Shown here: piece by piece, positions 10,289 to 18,889 of the stretch
Layout: each line of letters begins with the position of its first letter
How positions within the stretch are numbered: the stretch's first letter is position 1
Assembly (NCBI GenBank): GCA_038209515.1
Contig: JBBQXQ010000001.1
Location: forward strand, 10,439 to 74,438
Length of the DNA stretch: 64,000 nucleotides
Reading direction: 5' to 3'
DNA from: Gemmatimonadales bacterium
GTDB taxonomy: Bacteria > Gemmatimonadota > Gemmatimonadetes > Gemmatimonadales > GWC2-71-9
Translations under genes and position numbers: made by a program
The notes under the pieces: generated by a model
Told to the model about the DNA's origin: nothing
What the model saw: only the letters and a program-made list of their open reading frames with translations
Databases searched by the model: none

Positions 10289-11431
10289 GCGTCATCGGCG
10301 AGGCTGGCAACTTCGCTGTTTACAAGCAGCTTTGCCAGCAGCCCCACGGTGATCGCGTCGGCACCGGGCCGGGTCAATCTGATCGGGGAACATACCGATT
10401 ACAACGGTGGTCCCGTGCTGCCGGTCGCGGTCGAACGCCGCACCGCCGCGGCCGCGCGAGTCGCGGACCGGTGGCTCTTAGTCTCCGACACCGAGCCTGA
10501 TGTCCAGGACGTCGCGATCGACACGCCGATGCGCCGGGGGTGGACCGACTACGTCGTCGGTGTGGTTCGCGAGCTGCGTTCGCTGGGCGCGGCGCCGGCC
10601 GGGGCGGAGATCGCCGTTGCCACGACGCTCCCGATCGGTGCCGGTCTCTCCTCATCGGCCGCCCTGACCGTCGCCCTGGCAAGGGCGCTGAGCCTGTTGG
10701 CCGGCCGGCGACTCTCGCCGGCGCAGGTGGTGCAAGTGGCGTTTCGGGCGGAGTACCACCAGGTCGGAGTGCGCTGCGGCCAGATGGACCAGACCGTCGC
10801 GACCCACGCTGAGCCGCGCACCGCGCTCTTGTTCGATGCGGCCACCGGAGCACTGCGGCGGGTGCCATTCCCGGGGCGGCTCTGGGTCATCGAAACCGGC
10901 GTCTCCCACCGGCTCACCGGCGGCGCTCTCAATCAACGACGCCGGGAATGCGAGGAAGCACTGGCCTTCTGCCGCGAGTGGCGTCCTGCACTCCAGCACC
11001 TCGCGCAGCTCTCGCCATCGGATCTGCCCGAGATGGAACGGCGACTACCGCCACCACTGGTGCCGCGGGTTCGCCATGTCGTCACCGAGACCGCACGTAC
11101 GCGTCTCGCCGCCGACGCCCTCGCCACTCATGATCTGACTCGGCTAGGCCAACTTCTGGTGCAAGGCCACCAGTCCCTGCGAGACGATTATCAGTCCACC
11201 ATTGCGGAAGCGGATTTCATCGTGGCTTCCGCGCTGGCGCATGGGGCGTATGGCGCGCGGCTCACTGGAGCGGGCTGGGGTGGCGCCGTCGTGGTACTCG
11301 CTCCCCTGGAGCGGGAAGCCCGGGTCGTGGCGGAGATCGGGGGAGACTTCACGGCGCGCTTCGGGCGCCATCCGGCGATATGGAGCACGCGGGCGTCCGG
11401 CGGCGTCCGGCGGGAGACGGTTCCGGCGTAG
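10244..11431 (+). CDS. galK: Galactokinase
   Basis: Signature GRVNLIGEHTDYNGG and GHMP motif PIGAGLSSSAAL. ATG at 10244 chosen; the track start at 10094 runs antisense into the neighbouring gene. Confidence 0.85.
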   Translation: MPHSPSQEKTASVKHASSARLATSLFTSSFASSPTVIASAPGRVNLIGEHTDYNGGPVLPVAVERRTAAAARVADRWLLVSDTEPDVQDVAIDTPMRRGWTDYVVGVVRELRSLGAAPAGAEIAVATTLPIGAGLSSSAALTVALARALSLLAGRRLSPAQVVQVAFRAEYHQVGVRCGQMDQTVATHAEPRTALLFDAATGALRRVPFPGRLWVIETGVSHRLTGGALNQRRRECEEALAFCREWRPALQHLAQLSPSDLPEMERRLPPPLVPRVRHVVTETARTRLAADALATHDLTRLGQLLVQGHQSLRDDYQSTIAEADFIVASALAHGAYGARLTGAGWGGAVVVLAPLEREARVVAEIGGDFTARFGRHPAIWSTRASGGVRRETVPA

Positions 11432-11456
11432 CGCGGTATATTCCCCTCGCCGATGG

Positions 11457-11540
11457 GCTCCGGTGGCGAAATGGCAAACGCTGCGGACTTAAAATCCGCT
11501 GGGAGATTCTCCCTTGTGGGTTCGATCCCCACCCGGAGCA
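11457..11540 (+). tRNA. tRNA-Leu, anticodon UAA (type II, long variable arm)
   Basis: Hand-folded cloverleaf. Acceptor GCTCCGG/CCGGAGC; D stem GCG/CGC; anticodon stem GCGGA/TCCGC with loop CTTAAAA. Variable arm GGGAG-ATT-CTCCC; T arm GTGGG-TTCGATC-CCCAC; discriminator A. CCA is not encoded. Confidence 0.9.
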
Positions 11541-11544
11541 CTTT

Positions 11545-11595
11545 GAGCTGGGAACTGCCAACCCCCTAAGCTCCCAGCTGGCTGACTCCCAGCTC
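11545..11595 (+). terminator. Hairpin with two alternative 3' arms just after tRNA-Leu
   Basis: GAGCTGGGA (11545-11553) can pair with TCCCAGCT (11572-11579) or perfectly with TCCCAGCTC (11587-11595). Confidence 0.35.
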
Positions 11596-11909
11596 ACTGC
11601 CGCGGCACCGACCAGGTGATCTCCTCGCCCATCGTTACCGGAAATGGCTCGCTCACGACCGGCTGGCCCGAGGAGCGGACCGGCTTGGCCTCAAACCGAA
11701 CCCATGACGCCGGCGGTGAGACTGGGCGGCAGGGCAAAGACGGTGGTCCCGCCTCCCGGTAGAAAGCCCAGGCGGCTCGCCCGGCCATCAGGGACTCTCG
11801 CTACTGAGGGCTCGTTCTCCCGAACCTAGCCTGTCGGTGCCGCGGGCTCCAGGAGGGCAACTCGATCAGCGATACCGTGATCTACTGAGCAACAGCTAAA
11901 CTGGAGACC

Positions 11910-12428
11910 GTGCTGCACTATCCCGCTAATGAGCGGCGCTGGCGGACCGCCCTTACCGTAGTTCTGGCCGTGTACGGCTGGCTTTGCCTGATATCGCCGG
12001 ACACCTACCGTTGGATCGACAGCCTCGATCTCGCGATTCACGAAACCGGTCATCTGGTGTTCGCCTTCGATGGAGAGATCCTGGCCGTCCTGGGTGGAAC
12101 CCTCTTCCAACTCGTTGTACCAGCCGTGTTCCCCGTGGCGCTGTGGCGTCGCGGCGACCGCCACGGCGCCACGGTGCCGCTCTGGTGGCTGGGCCAGAAC
12201 TGCTGGAACATCTCCGTCTATGTGCGAGACGCCCGTGCCCAGGAATTGCCGCTGGTCGGCAGCGGCGAGCATGACTGGGCCTTCCTCCTCGATCATGCCG
12301 GCTGGCTCGAGCGGGATCAGATCGTCGGCGGGGCCGTGTACCTCACGGGTGTCGTGCTGTACGCGATCGCCATCGTCGCCGGGTGGATCTTTCTCCGCTC
12401 CCGCGAGGCACCGGCCGACGAAGCATGA
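11910..12428 (+). CDS. Membrane protein with HExxH zincin-like motif (hypothetical)
   Basis: 172 aa with several hydrophobic helices and motif AIHETGHLVF. GTG start preceded by GGAG. Confidence 0.6.
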   Translation: MLHYPANERRWRTALTVVLAVYGWLCLISPDTYRWIDSLDLAIHETGHLVFAFDGEILAVLGGTLFQLVVPAVFPVALWRRGDRHGATVPLWWLGQNCWNISVYVRDARAQELPLVGSGEHDWAFLLDHAGWLERDQIVGGAVYLTGVVLYAIAIVAGWIFLRSREAPADEA

Positions 12429-12787
12429 AGCCTCGCCGCTGGTCGGCATTTCTCATCGGCCTCATCCTTGGTGCCTCCATCTGGTTGCTGTCGCCGTGGA
12501 TGACCGGACACTCCGAGCCGTGGGACGCGGAGGGCGGCTATTACGCTGCAGCGCTGCTCGCTACCGGAGCGCTTGGCGGTCTCCTGATCCCGCTCCACTG
12601 GCCCGCCGTGGCGCTGGGGATCTTTACCGGACAGGTACTCGTCATCCTCGGCGGGGTGCTGGCGGATCCGGCGAGTGGCGGCCTCTGGCCCTTGGGCCTC
12701 GTCTTTCTGGGCGTCTATTCGGTGTTGGCGTTAGTCGGAGCATTACTGGGCGCCGCCCTCCGGCGCGGTCGCCCCCGAAACGAGTAG
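12425..12787 (+). CDS. Small integral membrane protein (hypothetical)
   Basis: ATG at 12425 overlaps the upstream stop (ATGA). About 120 aa with 4 predicted TM helices. Confidence 0.55.
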   Translation: MKPRRWSAFLIGLILGASIWLLSPWMTGHSEPWDAEGGYYAAALLATGALGGLLIPLHWPAVALGIFTGQVLVILGGVLADPASGGLWPLGLVFLGVYSVLALVGALLGAALRRGRPRNE

Positions 12788-12794
12788 GGAAACC

Positions 12795-13196
12795 ATGGCG
12801 ATTCGAATCGTGCGGCTGGGAGCCCCGCGCGAGTCCGGGGAAGGACCGCGCTTCGGTACCGTACGCCGTCCGCCGCGCGGGGTGCGGAGGGAGGATTACG
12901 CTCGCCTGGACTATTTCGATCTATGGCTTCCGGACTTGGCCCCCAGCGCTCCGCTGGTATCCTACGCGAAATCCCAGCCCTTGACACCCGCGCGATGGCA
13001 AACCTACGCCCGTCGCTATCGTTCCGAGATGCGTGCGCCGGCGGCCCGCCGGTTGCTGGCGACGCTCGCGGCGTTGTCGGCTCAAGCAAACTTCTCGGTC
13101 GGGTGCTATTGCCCCGATGAATCCCACTGTCACCGTTCACTGCTCCGGCAGCTTCTGGTCGAGGCAGGTGCTTGCTCCTCGCTGCCCATCAGGTAG
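12795..13196 (+). CDS. DUF488 family protein
   Basis: 133 aa. Typical DUF488 layout ending in GCYCPDESHCHRSLL. Confidence 0.7.
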   Translation: MAIRIVRLGAPRESGEGPRFGTVRRPPRGVRREDYARLDYFDLWLPDLAPSAPLVSYAKSQPLTPARWQTYARRYRSEMRAPAARRLLATLAALSAQANFSVGCYCPDESHCHRSLLRQLLVEAGACSSLPIR

Positions 13197-13289
13197 AGTT
13201 GAAAGGTCGGCCTTTGGAGTAGCAACCATCGAAGGGGGGTGCTCCAAGCGCCGCTCTGCAGGTCGGGCCTCCCAGGCCAACACGGAGGC

Positions 13290-13637
13290 ATGGCGGACGC
13301 ACCACCAGAGCCTCACCCCGGAGGTATCGTGCACTATCTGCTTTTCTATGATGTCGTGGACGACTATATCACCCGCCGCGTGCCACTCCGGTCGGCACAT
13401 CTGGACCACGCGCAGCCCTTCGTCGAGCGCGGGGAGCTGATCCTGGGCGGCGCGCTTGGGGGTCCGGCCGACGCCGCCATCCTGCTCTTCCAGGCGGCTT
13501 CACCCGCACCGGCAGAGGCATTCGCGCAGGCAGATCCTTACGTGACCGCCGGGCTGGTGAGGCGCTGGTGGGTGCGCGAGTGGACCACGGTGGTGGGTCC
13601 GCTAGCCACGGCTCCGGTTCAATCCGGATCGCGTTAG
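13290..13637 (+). CDS. YciI-like protein
   Basis: ATG at 13290 preceded by GGAGG. VHYLLFYDVVDDY...RSAHLDH...GELILGGAL pattern of YCII-related domains. Confidence 0.65.
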   Translation: MADAPPEPHPGGIVHYLLFYDVVDDYITRRVPLRSAHLDHAQPFVERGELILGGALGGPADAAILLFQAASPAPAEAFAQADPYVTAGLVRRWWVREWTTVVGPLATAPVQSGSR

Positions 13638-13656
13638 CGGATCGATCACGCTCATC

Positions 13657-14271
13657 ATGCAGGTGCTACTCGTCCACGGCATGGGCCGCACCCCCCTGTC
13701 CATGCTGCGACTCGGGCGAAAGCTCCGCCGAGCGGGTCACCCCGTCAACCTGCTCGGCTATGTGACTGCGGTGGAGCCGTTCGCCAGGATCGTGCTGCGG
13801 GTGCAAGAACGCTTCGCCAGAATTGCGGCTCGGGGACCCTATGTCGTGGTGGGGCACTCGCTGGGTGGGTTGTTGACGCGTGCCGCTCTCGGAAGACCCT
13901 CATCGTCGTTCACCGAACCCGCGCGTCTCATCATGTTGGGCACACCCAACCGACCACCCCGCCAGGCGCGTCGCTACGGGAAGCTGATGGCATATCGGTG
14001 GATCAACGGCGAATGCGGCCAGCTTCTTGGACAGGAGGACTTCTTTGCGCGGCTCCCACCGCTGTCGGTTCCATACACGATCGTTGCCGGCACCCGTGGT
14101 GGGCCCGACCGGAGTGCCTTTGGCGACGAGCCTAACGACGGCGTCGTCGCGGTCAGCGAAACCCTGGTAACACCGTCTGACACGCCAATCATCGTACCCG
14201 CCCGGCACACGTTTATGATGAACGACAGCCGGGTGTTGGCTGCCATCCTTCAGGTTCTCCAGCGCATGTGA
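13657..14271 (+). CDS. Alpha/beta-fold hydrolase (esterase/lipase-like)
   Basis: 204 aa. LLVHGMG oxyanion region and nucleophile elbow GHSLGG. Confidence 0.7.
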   Translation: MQVLLVHGMGRTPLSMLRLGRKLRRAGHPVNLLGYVTAVEPFARIVLRVQERFARIAARGPYVVVGHSLGGLLTRAALGRPSSSFTEPARLIMLGTPNRPPRQARRYGKLMAYRWINGECGQLLGQEDFFARLPPLSVPYTIVAGTRGGPDRSAFGDEPNDGVVAVSETLVTPSDTPIIVPARHTFMMNDSRVLAAILQVLQRM

Positions 14272-14364
14272 GAAGTAACGATGACAGGACTGGCAATCGG
14301 CCGGTGCTGACGTCACTCTTCCTGGGGTGGGTGGCACCGTGCCGCCCGACACAGGAGGGCTCCA

Positions 14365-14598
14365 ATGGCTCGATGTGAGGTCTGCGGTAACGACTACTAT
14401 CTATCGTTTCAGGTGATCGCTGCCGGCCACACCCATACGTTCGACAGCTTCGAGTGCGCGATTCACAAACTGGCCCCGGTGTGCCAGCACTGCGAGTGCA
14501 GGATCATCGGCCACGGTATCGAGGCAAAGGGAACATTCTACTGCTGTGCCCACTGTGCCCGGGAGCAGGGCGTCACGGCGGTGGCAGACCACGTTTGA
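14365..14598 (+). CDS. Cys/His-rich small protein, putative metal-binding (hypothetical)
   Basis: 77 aa with 9 Cys and 8 His (CEVC, FECAIH, CQHCEC, YCCAHC). Strong RBS AGGAGGG 5 nt upstream. Confidence 0.7.
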   Translation: MARCEVCGNDYYLSFQVIAAGHTHTFDSFECAIHKLAPVCQHCECRIIGHGIEAKGTFYCCAHCAREQGVTAVADHV

Positions 14599-14655
14599 GG
14601 TACGCCCCAGCCCTGGAGCACGTTTCCAGGCCGGGGCGTCGCGGTCAGGTTGGTA

Positions 14656-15699
14656 TTACTGCCTACAGGATGTCTTGGCGTGAGCTTTGGCTTTCAGCGA
14701 CATGTCGGCAAAAGCGGCCTTGATATCCGAGCGACCGAAGTATGTGGCGTCATACTGCCACATGTTGTATGCGCACGAGTAACTCTCATTGAGCAGCGTG
14801 GTTCCATAAGACTTGATCTCGCTGGCGCTCATGGCATACTTGCCGCTGGTCGAGCCGCGAATACCGCTCGAGCCGTTGCCGCCATCAAGCACGTTCAACC
14901 CTACCGCGAGCCCGAGGCCTTTACTTTTCGCCGCTGCAACCTCTGCCGCGAGGAGCTTCGCCACATCGCCCTTCCCCGACGCGTACTGCAACCAGCCCGC
15001 GTCAAGATAGGTGTAGGTGATCGAGGCGCTGGCCAGCCAGCTGGGCACCACCCGGACGAAGGTGGTCATTCCGGGCCAGATCTGCTTGCTGTATTGGGCC
15101 ATGGCCTCCAGCGTCGCTTGAGGAATAACCTTGCCGCCCCACTTCGCTGCCCGCTGAGGCTCATCGATCATGAAGTGGCCCACAATGGTACCGTCAGTGA
15201 TGTAGGGGCCCAGGCCGACGGTCCGGTAGCGATCCACCAGTGATTTCCATTTCGTGAAGCTGAAGGTTCCATCGGCATTCTTTACAAAGTCGTCCCGGCC
15301 CATGCACAGCTTGATAAAGAGGCGACCGCCTTTGGCCCGGGTCGCGGATAGGATGGTCAAAGCATTCGACGGGCTTACCTCGCCGGCGACCTGCGTGCCG
15401 GTATACACGCTATTAAGGAGCGCGGTGGGCAGGTGGACTGCGGCAAACACGATACCCGGCAGCGAGCCGGTCAGGCCCGAAACGCCAACCGTGTCACCGG
15501 AAAGGGAGTCAGTCGGGATCGTCGTCGAATCGGTCGGAGCCGCGGCTGGACCCCCTGGGGCGGGCCCGTCCACCGGGGTATTGGTAGAAGGGTTAAGCTG
15601 GCCTTCGCTGCCGCAGCCACCGAGAAGCAGGAGGACCAAACCGAGCGCAGAGGCTCGGCTCAACGCCCTCCGGCTTGATGAAACTGAATGGTGAGCCAT
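14656..15699 (-). CDS. Lipoprotein, hypothetical (possible glycoside-hydrolase-like fold)
   Basis: Lipobox LLLLGGC after a basic N-terminus. ATG at 15699 preferred over GTG at 15708. Confidence 0.6.
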   Translation of the reverse strand: MAHHSVSSSRRALSRASALGLVLLLLGGCGSEGQLNPSTNTPVDGPAPGGPAAAPTDSTTIPTDSLSGDTVGVSGLTGSLPGIVFAAVHLPTALLNSVYTGTQVAGEVSPSNALTILSATRAKGGRLFIKLCMGRDDFVKNADGTFSFTKWKSLVDRYRTVGLGPYITDGTIVGHFMIDEPQRAAKWGGKVIPQATLEAMAQYSKQIWPGMTTFVRVVPSWLASASITYTYLDAGWLQYASGKGDVAKLLAAEVAAAKSKGLGLAVGLNVLDGGNGSSGIRGSTSGKYAMSASEIKSYGTTLLNESYSCAYNMWQYDATYFGRSDIKAAFADMSLKAKAHAKTSCRQ

Positions 15700-15886
15700 T
15701 ACACGCACGCTTTCTCTCCCGGAAACAGGAGGTGAGGACCGACTCTTCTCGTCGCAAGGAGCGCGCTACGGTCATACGGGCAGGGCCGAGACGGCAGCAG
15801 GCTGACCAGGATGGTCACGAGGCTATACCCCTCTGGGGTATGAACAGACCAAGGCCCGAGCAGGTTCCTGGGCTCGGATACCAAAA

Positions 15887-15912
15887 TGAAACAAATGTTA
15901 TAAGTGGTTTCA
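15887..15912. promoter_or_regulatory. Operator-like palindrome TGAAAC-N14-GTTTCA in an AT-rich patch of a divergent spacer
   Basis: Perfect 6-nt inverted arms at 15887-15892 and 15907-15912. They lie inside the only AT-rich stretch of the ~490-nt spacer between the lipoprotein and cupin genes. Confidence 0.3.
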
Positions 15913-16190
15913 GCCGTGCCGGTTACGGCCACGGATCGCGATGGAATGTACGCCCGGTCAGCGCCATCTCGTCATCTAGGGCTCGCGACGGGGAACAAGA
16001 TTGCCCTTGGCTGGTCGTCTGTCAACCATTCCGGTTGGGCGGTGTCATAGTCGAGGACCCCAGAGGCGGAAGGCAAATTGGCCGCGTTTTGAGCCGCCAT
16101 CGCGCCCTAGGCTGTGAGCTGCTGCGCCCGCGCTCGGCTGGTGAGGGGTGCTGCCGGATGGAGTGATACAACCTGTACGCAGGAGGAGCT

Positions 16191-16568
16191 GTGGCTGACA
16201 CATCCCCCTATCCCTACGCGACCCACCTCAACGTTCTGTTTGACGGGCTGGAGCGCATCGATGTACCCGCTCTGGTGGACGCGTGCACCGATCAGTGGTA
16301 CAACCAGAGCCTCTGCCAGGTAAACGATTCCATCGTGCGGCTGGGCGTCGTCCGCGGAGAGTATCACTGGCACAAGCACGACGCAGAGGACGAGTTCTTT
16401 TACGTCGTGGATGGTCGCTTGCTCATCGACCTGGAAGGACAGACCGTAGAGCTCTCACCCCGCCAGGCCTTCGTCGTGCCGAAGGGAGTGGTGCACCGAA
16501 CCCGGGCCCCGGTGCAAACTGTGATGCTCATGGTAGAGAAGGCGACGGTGGTGCCTACCGGGGATTGA
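16191..16568 (+). CDS. Cupin domain protein
   Basis: 125 aa. GEYHWHKHDAEDEFFYVVDG and VVPKGVVH cupin motifs. RBS AGGAGGAG upstream of the GTG start. Confidence 0.75.
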   Translation: MADTSPYPYATHLNVLFDGLERIDVPALVDACTDQWYNQSLCQVNDSIVRLGVVRGEYHWHKHDAEDEFFYVVDGRLLIDLEGQTVELSPRQAFVVPKGVVHRTRAPVQTVMLMVEKATVVPTGD

Positions 16569-17442
16569 CGGCGGCCGGGCGCGCGTTGCCGCCGTCGGTG
16601 AGAAATCGAATCGGGCGGCCCGGAGGGCGGATCCACACGGTCAGATATTTGGAATAGGTCGGCTCCCCCGTCTCCGGCTTGATGACCGCCTCACCCGCGG
16701 TCCAGCCGAGGTCACCCGTTCGAGACGACCCGGCGGCAACAGGGTGCCAACGCCACACCGCGGGGCCGGCAACTCCGCTCGCGATGGCATCGGGCCCTCG
16801 GGTGAGGAGGCCGGATCCACCGGAGACGATTGCCTCCGGTGCCGCCCAAGTCCGAAATGCAGCCACCGCACCGCTGTCACCGGCTAACCGTGCAAAGGCC
16901 AGGTCTGCTGCCACGAAATGGCTGGCCGGCCCGGTCGCCCGCGCAGGTGACCTCGAGAGGGGGATGCCCGGAGCCAGGCTGGTGCCGACCGGCTTCACGC
17001 CCGTGAAGAGGAGCGCGGAGATAGTCCACCGGCCGGCGCCACGCCGCCACGCAGCCGTGTAGCGGCCAATGTGTGGTGCGCCGGGTGTGAGCCTGGACGT
17101 GATCACGGCAACCCCCCAGGTAACGCCCAGCGTCGAATCACCAGCCAGCTCGACACCGAGCGGCTGCCAGGTAAGGCGCATCGTGTCGGGAGCCGATATC
17201 GCCGCCATCAGCCGCTTTGCCTCCTCAGCTCCGACCACTACTGGGGCGCCGGGCCAGAGCAGCACGCCATCCGGGTCCAGTGATTTCCCCAATGCGGCAA
17301 CCAATCCGGAGTCGCTGCTCAGGGCCGAGGCCGTCCGGTCTGAGGCCAGGAGCTCGGCCCCGGCGCCTTGGGCCATGAGGCGGAGCGGTAATAGCAGAAG
17401 AGAAAGTGAGACGCCGGCCAGGACCGTGAGTCGAATCCGCAT
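16555..17442 (-). CDS. Secreted protein with two NTF2/SnoaL-like (DUF4440-like) halves (hypothetical)
   Basis: ATG at 17442 gives signal peptide MRIRLTVLAGVSLSLLLLPLRLMAQG. The two halves each end in W-rich strands. Confidence 0.5.
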   Translation of the reverse strand: MRIRLTVLAGVSLSLLLLPLRLMAQGAGAELLASDRTASALSSDSGLVAALGKSLDPDGVLLWPGAPVVVGAEEAKRLMAAISAPDTMRLTWQPLGVELAGDSTLGVTWGVAVITSRLTPGAPHIGRYTAAWRRGAGRWTISALLFTGVKPVGTSLAPGIPLSRSPARATGPASHFVAADLAFARLAGDSGAVAAFRTWAAPEAIVSGGSGLLTRGPDAIASGVAGPAVWRWHPVAAGSSRTGDLGWTAGEAVIKPETGEPTYSKYLTVWIRPPGRPIRFLTDGGNARPAAVNPR

Positions 17443-17655
17443 CGTGCCCTCGTGGGAGACGGAAACCAGCTCGCTGCTCTCCCTACGTGAGCGGCTGGTG
17501 CGGGATTCGAAGGGGAGCCAGGAAAGTTCCTCCGGTGTGGCCGGACGGAAGAGCAAGTCGAAGGCCAGGAAGAGTGTGTAGCCCTGGTCCCCACGCTCGA
17601 GCGGAAGCCCGCCTGACCGGACGCCCCCGCACCACGGTATTTCGCTCCGCGCTGC

Positions 17656-18225
17656 CTACTGATTCGTGCGTGCTCTGCTGTCTTGCTGGTGGGCCTCGAC
17701 GAACCACAGCCACTTGTCGATACCACGGGTGATCTCGGTCAGAATGTCCGCCGTGGCCGGGTCACCTAGCTCGTCCGCTTCGTTGATGGCCACCCTGGTG
17801 CCGTGGCTGAACGTTGCCAGGGCCGACGAGAGCGCATCCACGTGCTCCTGCCCCTTGGTCAGATCGGGGTACTCCTCGAGTCTCGAACGCGAGGCCACGG
17901 CCCGAGCCGTACCCTCGGCCACGCCGCCGAGCTGGACGATGCGCTCGGCTAGCAGGTCCACGTACTCCTCGACGTCCTCATTGACCTCGTCGAAGAGCTT
18001 GTGCAGGGCGATGAAGCTGGGGCCCTTCACGTTCCAGTGAGCCTGCTTGCATTGGGTCTGAAGATCGATACAATCGGCCAGACGCTGGTTGAGCAGCTCC
18101 GAGACCTGCCCCCGGGTGCTCGGCGAAAGGTCGTTCTTGGTGGCAAAGAGCTGCGCGGCCGCACCGTCGCGGCTGGGACGGGTCGAGCGTTGTGCCTGGG
18201 GCGGGGATGCTGTTCTGGTTGTCAT
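17656..18225 (-). CDS. dps: Dps family DNA-protection/ferritin-like protein
   Basis: Ferroxidase motif HWNVKGPSFIALHKLFDEV...D..AERI. Confidence 0.88.
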   Translation of the reverse strand: MTTRTASPPQAQRSTRPSRDGAAAQLFATKNDLSPSTRGQVSELLNQRLADCIDLQTQCKQAHWNVKGPSFIALHKLFDEVNEDVEEYVDLLAERIVQLGGVAEGTARAVASRSRLEEYPDLTKGQEHVDALSSALATFSHGTRVAINEADELGDPATADILTEITRGIDKWLWFVEAHQQDSRARTNQ

Positions 18226-18311
18226 GGTACTTTTTCTCCATTCGAGTGTGCGCTTTCCTTCATCGACTCTATCCGGGTGACGCGGGAAAGGGAAGCAAGC
18301 CGGGGAAACCG

Positions 18312-18875
18312 ATGCACCCTCGTCTAGCCGAGCTGGTTGATTACGCCACCGCCCAACGGACGGCGCTCCAGGTCGCGGTGTCCACAGTTCCGGAGCCGCT
18401 CCGAAATGAGCGGATACACGCCGGCACCTGGTCCGTCGCGGAAGTGCTGGAGCATCTGCATCGGGTGGAGAGCGGTATCGCTCGGCTGCTGGTGCGGACC
18501 ATCGAGCGCAGGCAGCAGGCGGGAATTCCCGAGGAGCGGGAGACCGGTTCGTTGCTCAACAGTCTGGACGCCTACGATCTTACCCGGCGCGATCGGCGCC
18601 TCGTAGCGCCCGACCCGGTGGCGCCCCGCGGAGGTTACACCGCGGCGCAGGGACTGGCAGCGCTGGCCCTGTCGCGAGAAGCGCTGCTGGCCGCGATTCA
18701 ATCCGCCGATGGGCTGGCGCTGGGTGGGCTCACATTTCCGCACCCGCTGTTTGGGTCGCTCGACATGTATCAATGGATCCTGTTCGTGGGCCAGCATGAA
18801 GCGAGGCATACGGCGCAAATCGCAGAGATCGGCCGCGCTCCGGCCGGGCCTGGCCCGGCAACCCGATCGCCATAG
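18312..18875 (+). CDS. DinB-family protein
   Basis: ATG at 18312. WSVAEVLEHLHRVE and C-terminal GQHEARHTAQI His motifs of the DinB four-helix bundle. Confidence 0.7.
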   Translation: MHPRLAELVDYATAQRTALQVAVSTVPEPLRNERIHAGTWSVAEVLEHLHRVESGIARLLVRTIERRQQAGIPEERETGSLLNSLDAYDLTRRDRRLVAPDPVAPRGGYTAAQGLAALALSREALLAAIQSADGLALGGLTFPHPLFGSLDMYQWILFVGQHEARHTAQIAEIGRAPAGPGPATRSP

Positions 18876-18889
18876 ATTCGGGGGCCGAA

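Noticed and set aside
12070-12984. 304-aa plus-strand ORF spanning three annotated genes out of frame
   Set aside because: It crosses the boundaries of three better-supported genes (HExxH protein, 4-TM protein, DUF488). Its product is Arg/Ser/Pro/Gly-rich.
11457-14600. Integrated prophage or genomic island at tRNA-Leu
   Set aside because: I found no integrase, recombinase or phage-like genes, no visible repeat of the tRNA 3' end, and no obvious G+C change.
15675-16166. 163-aa ORF filling the large divergent spacer
   Set aside because: It has an R/G/P-rich composition, no RBS and no motif, and it begins inside the neighbouring gene on the opposite strand. I treat the region as non-coding, with the caveat noted in the findings.
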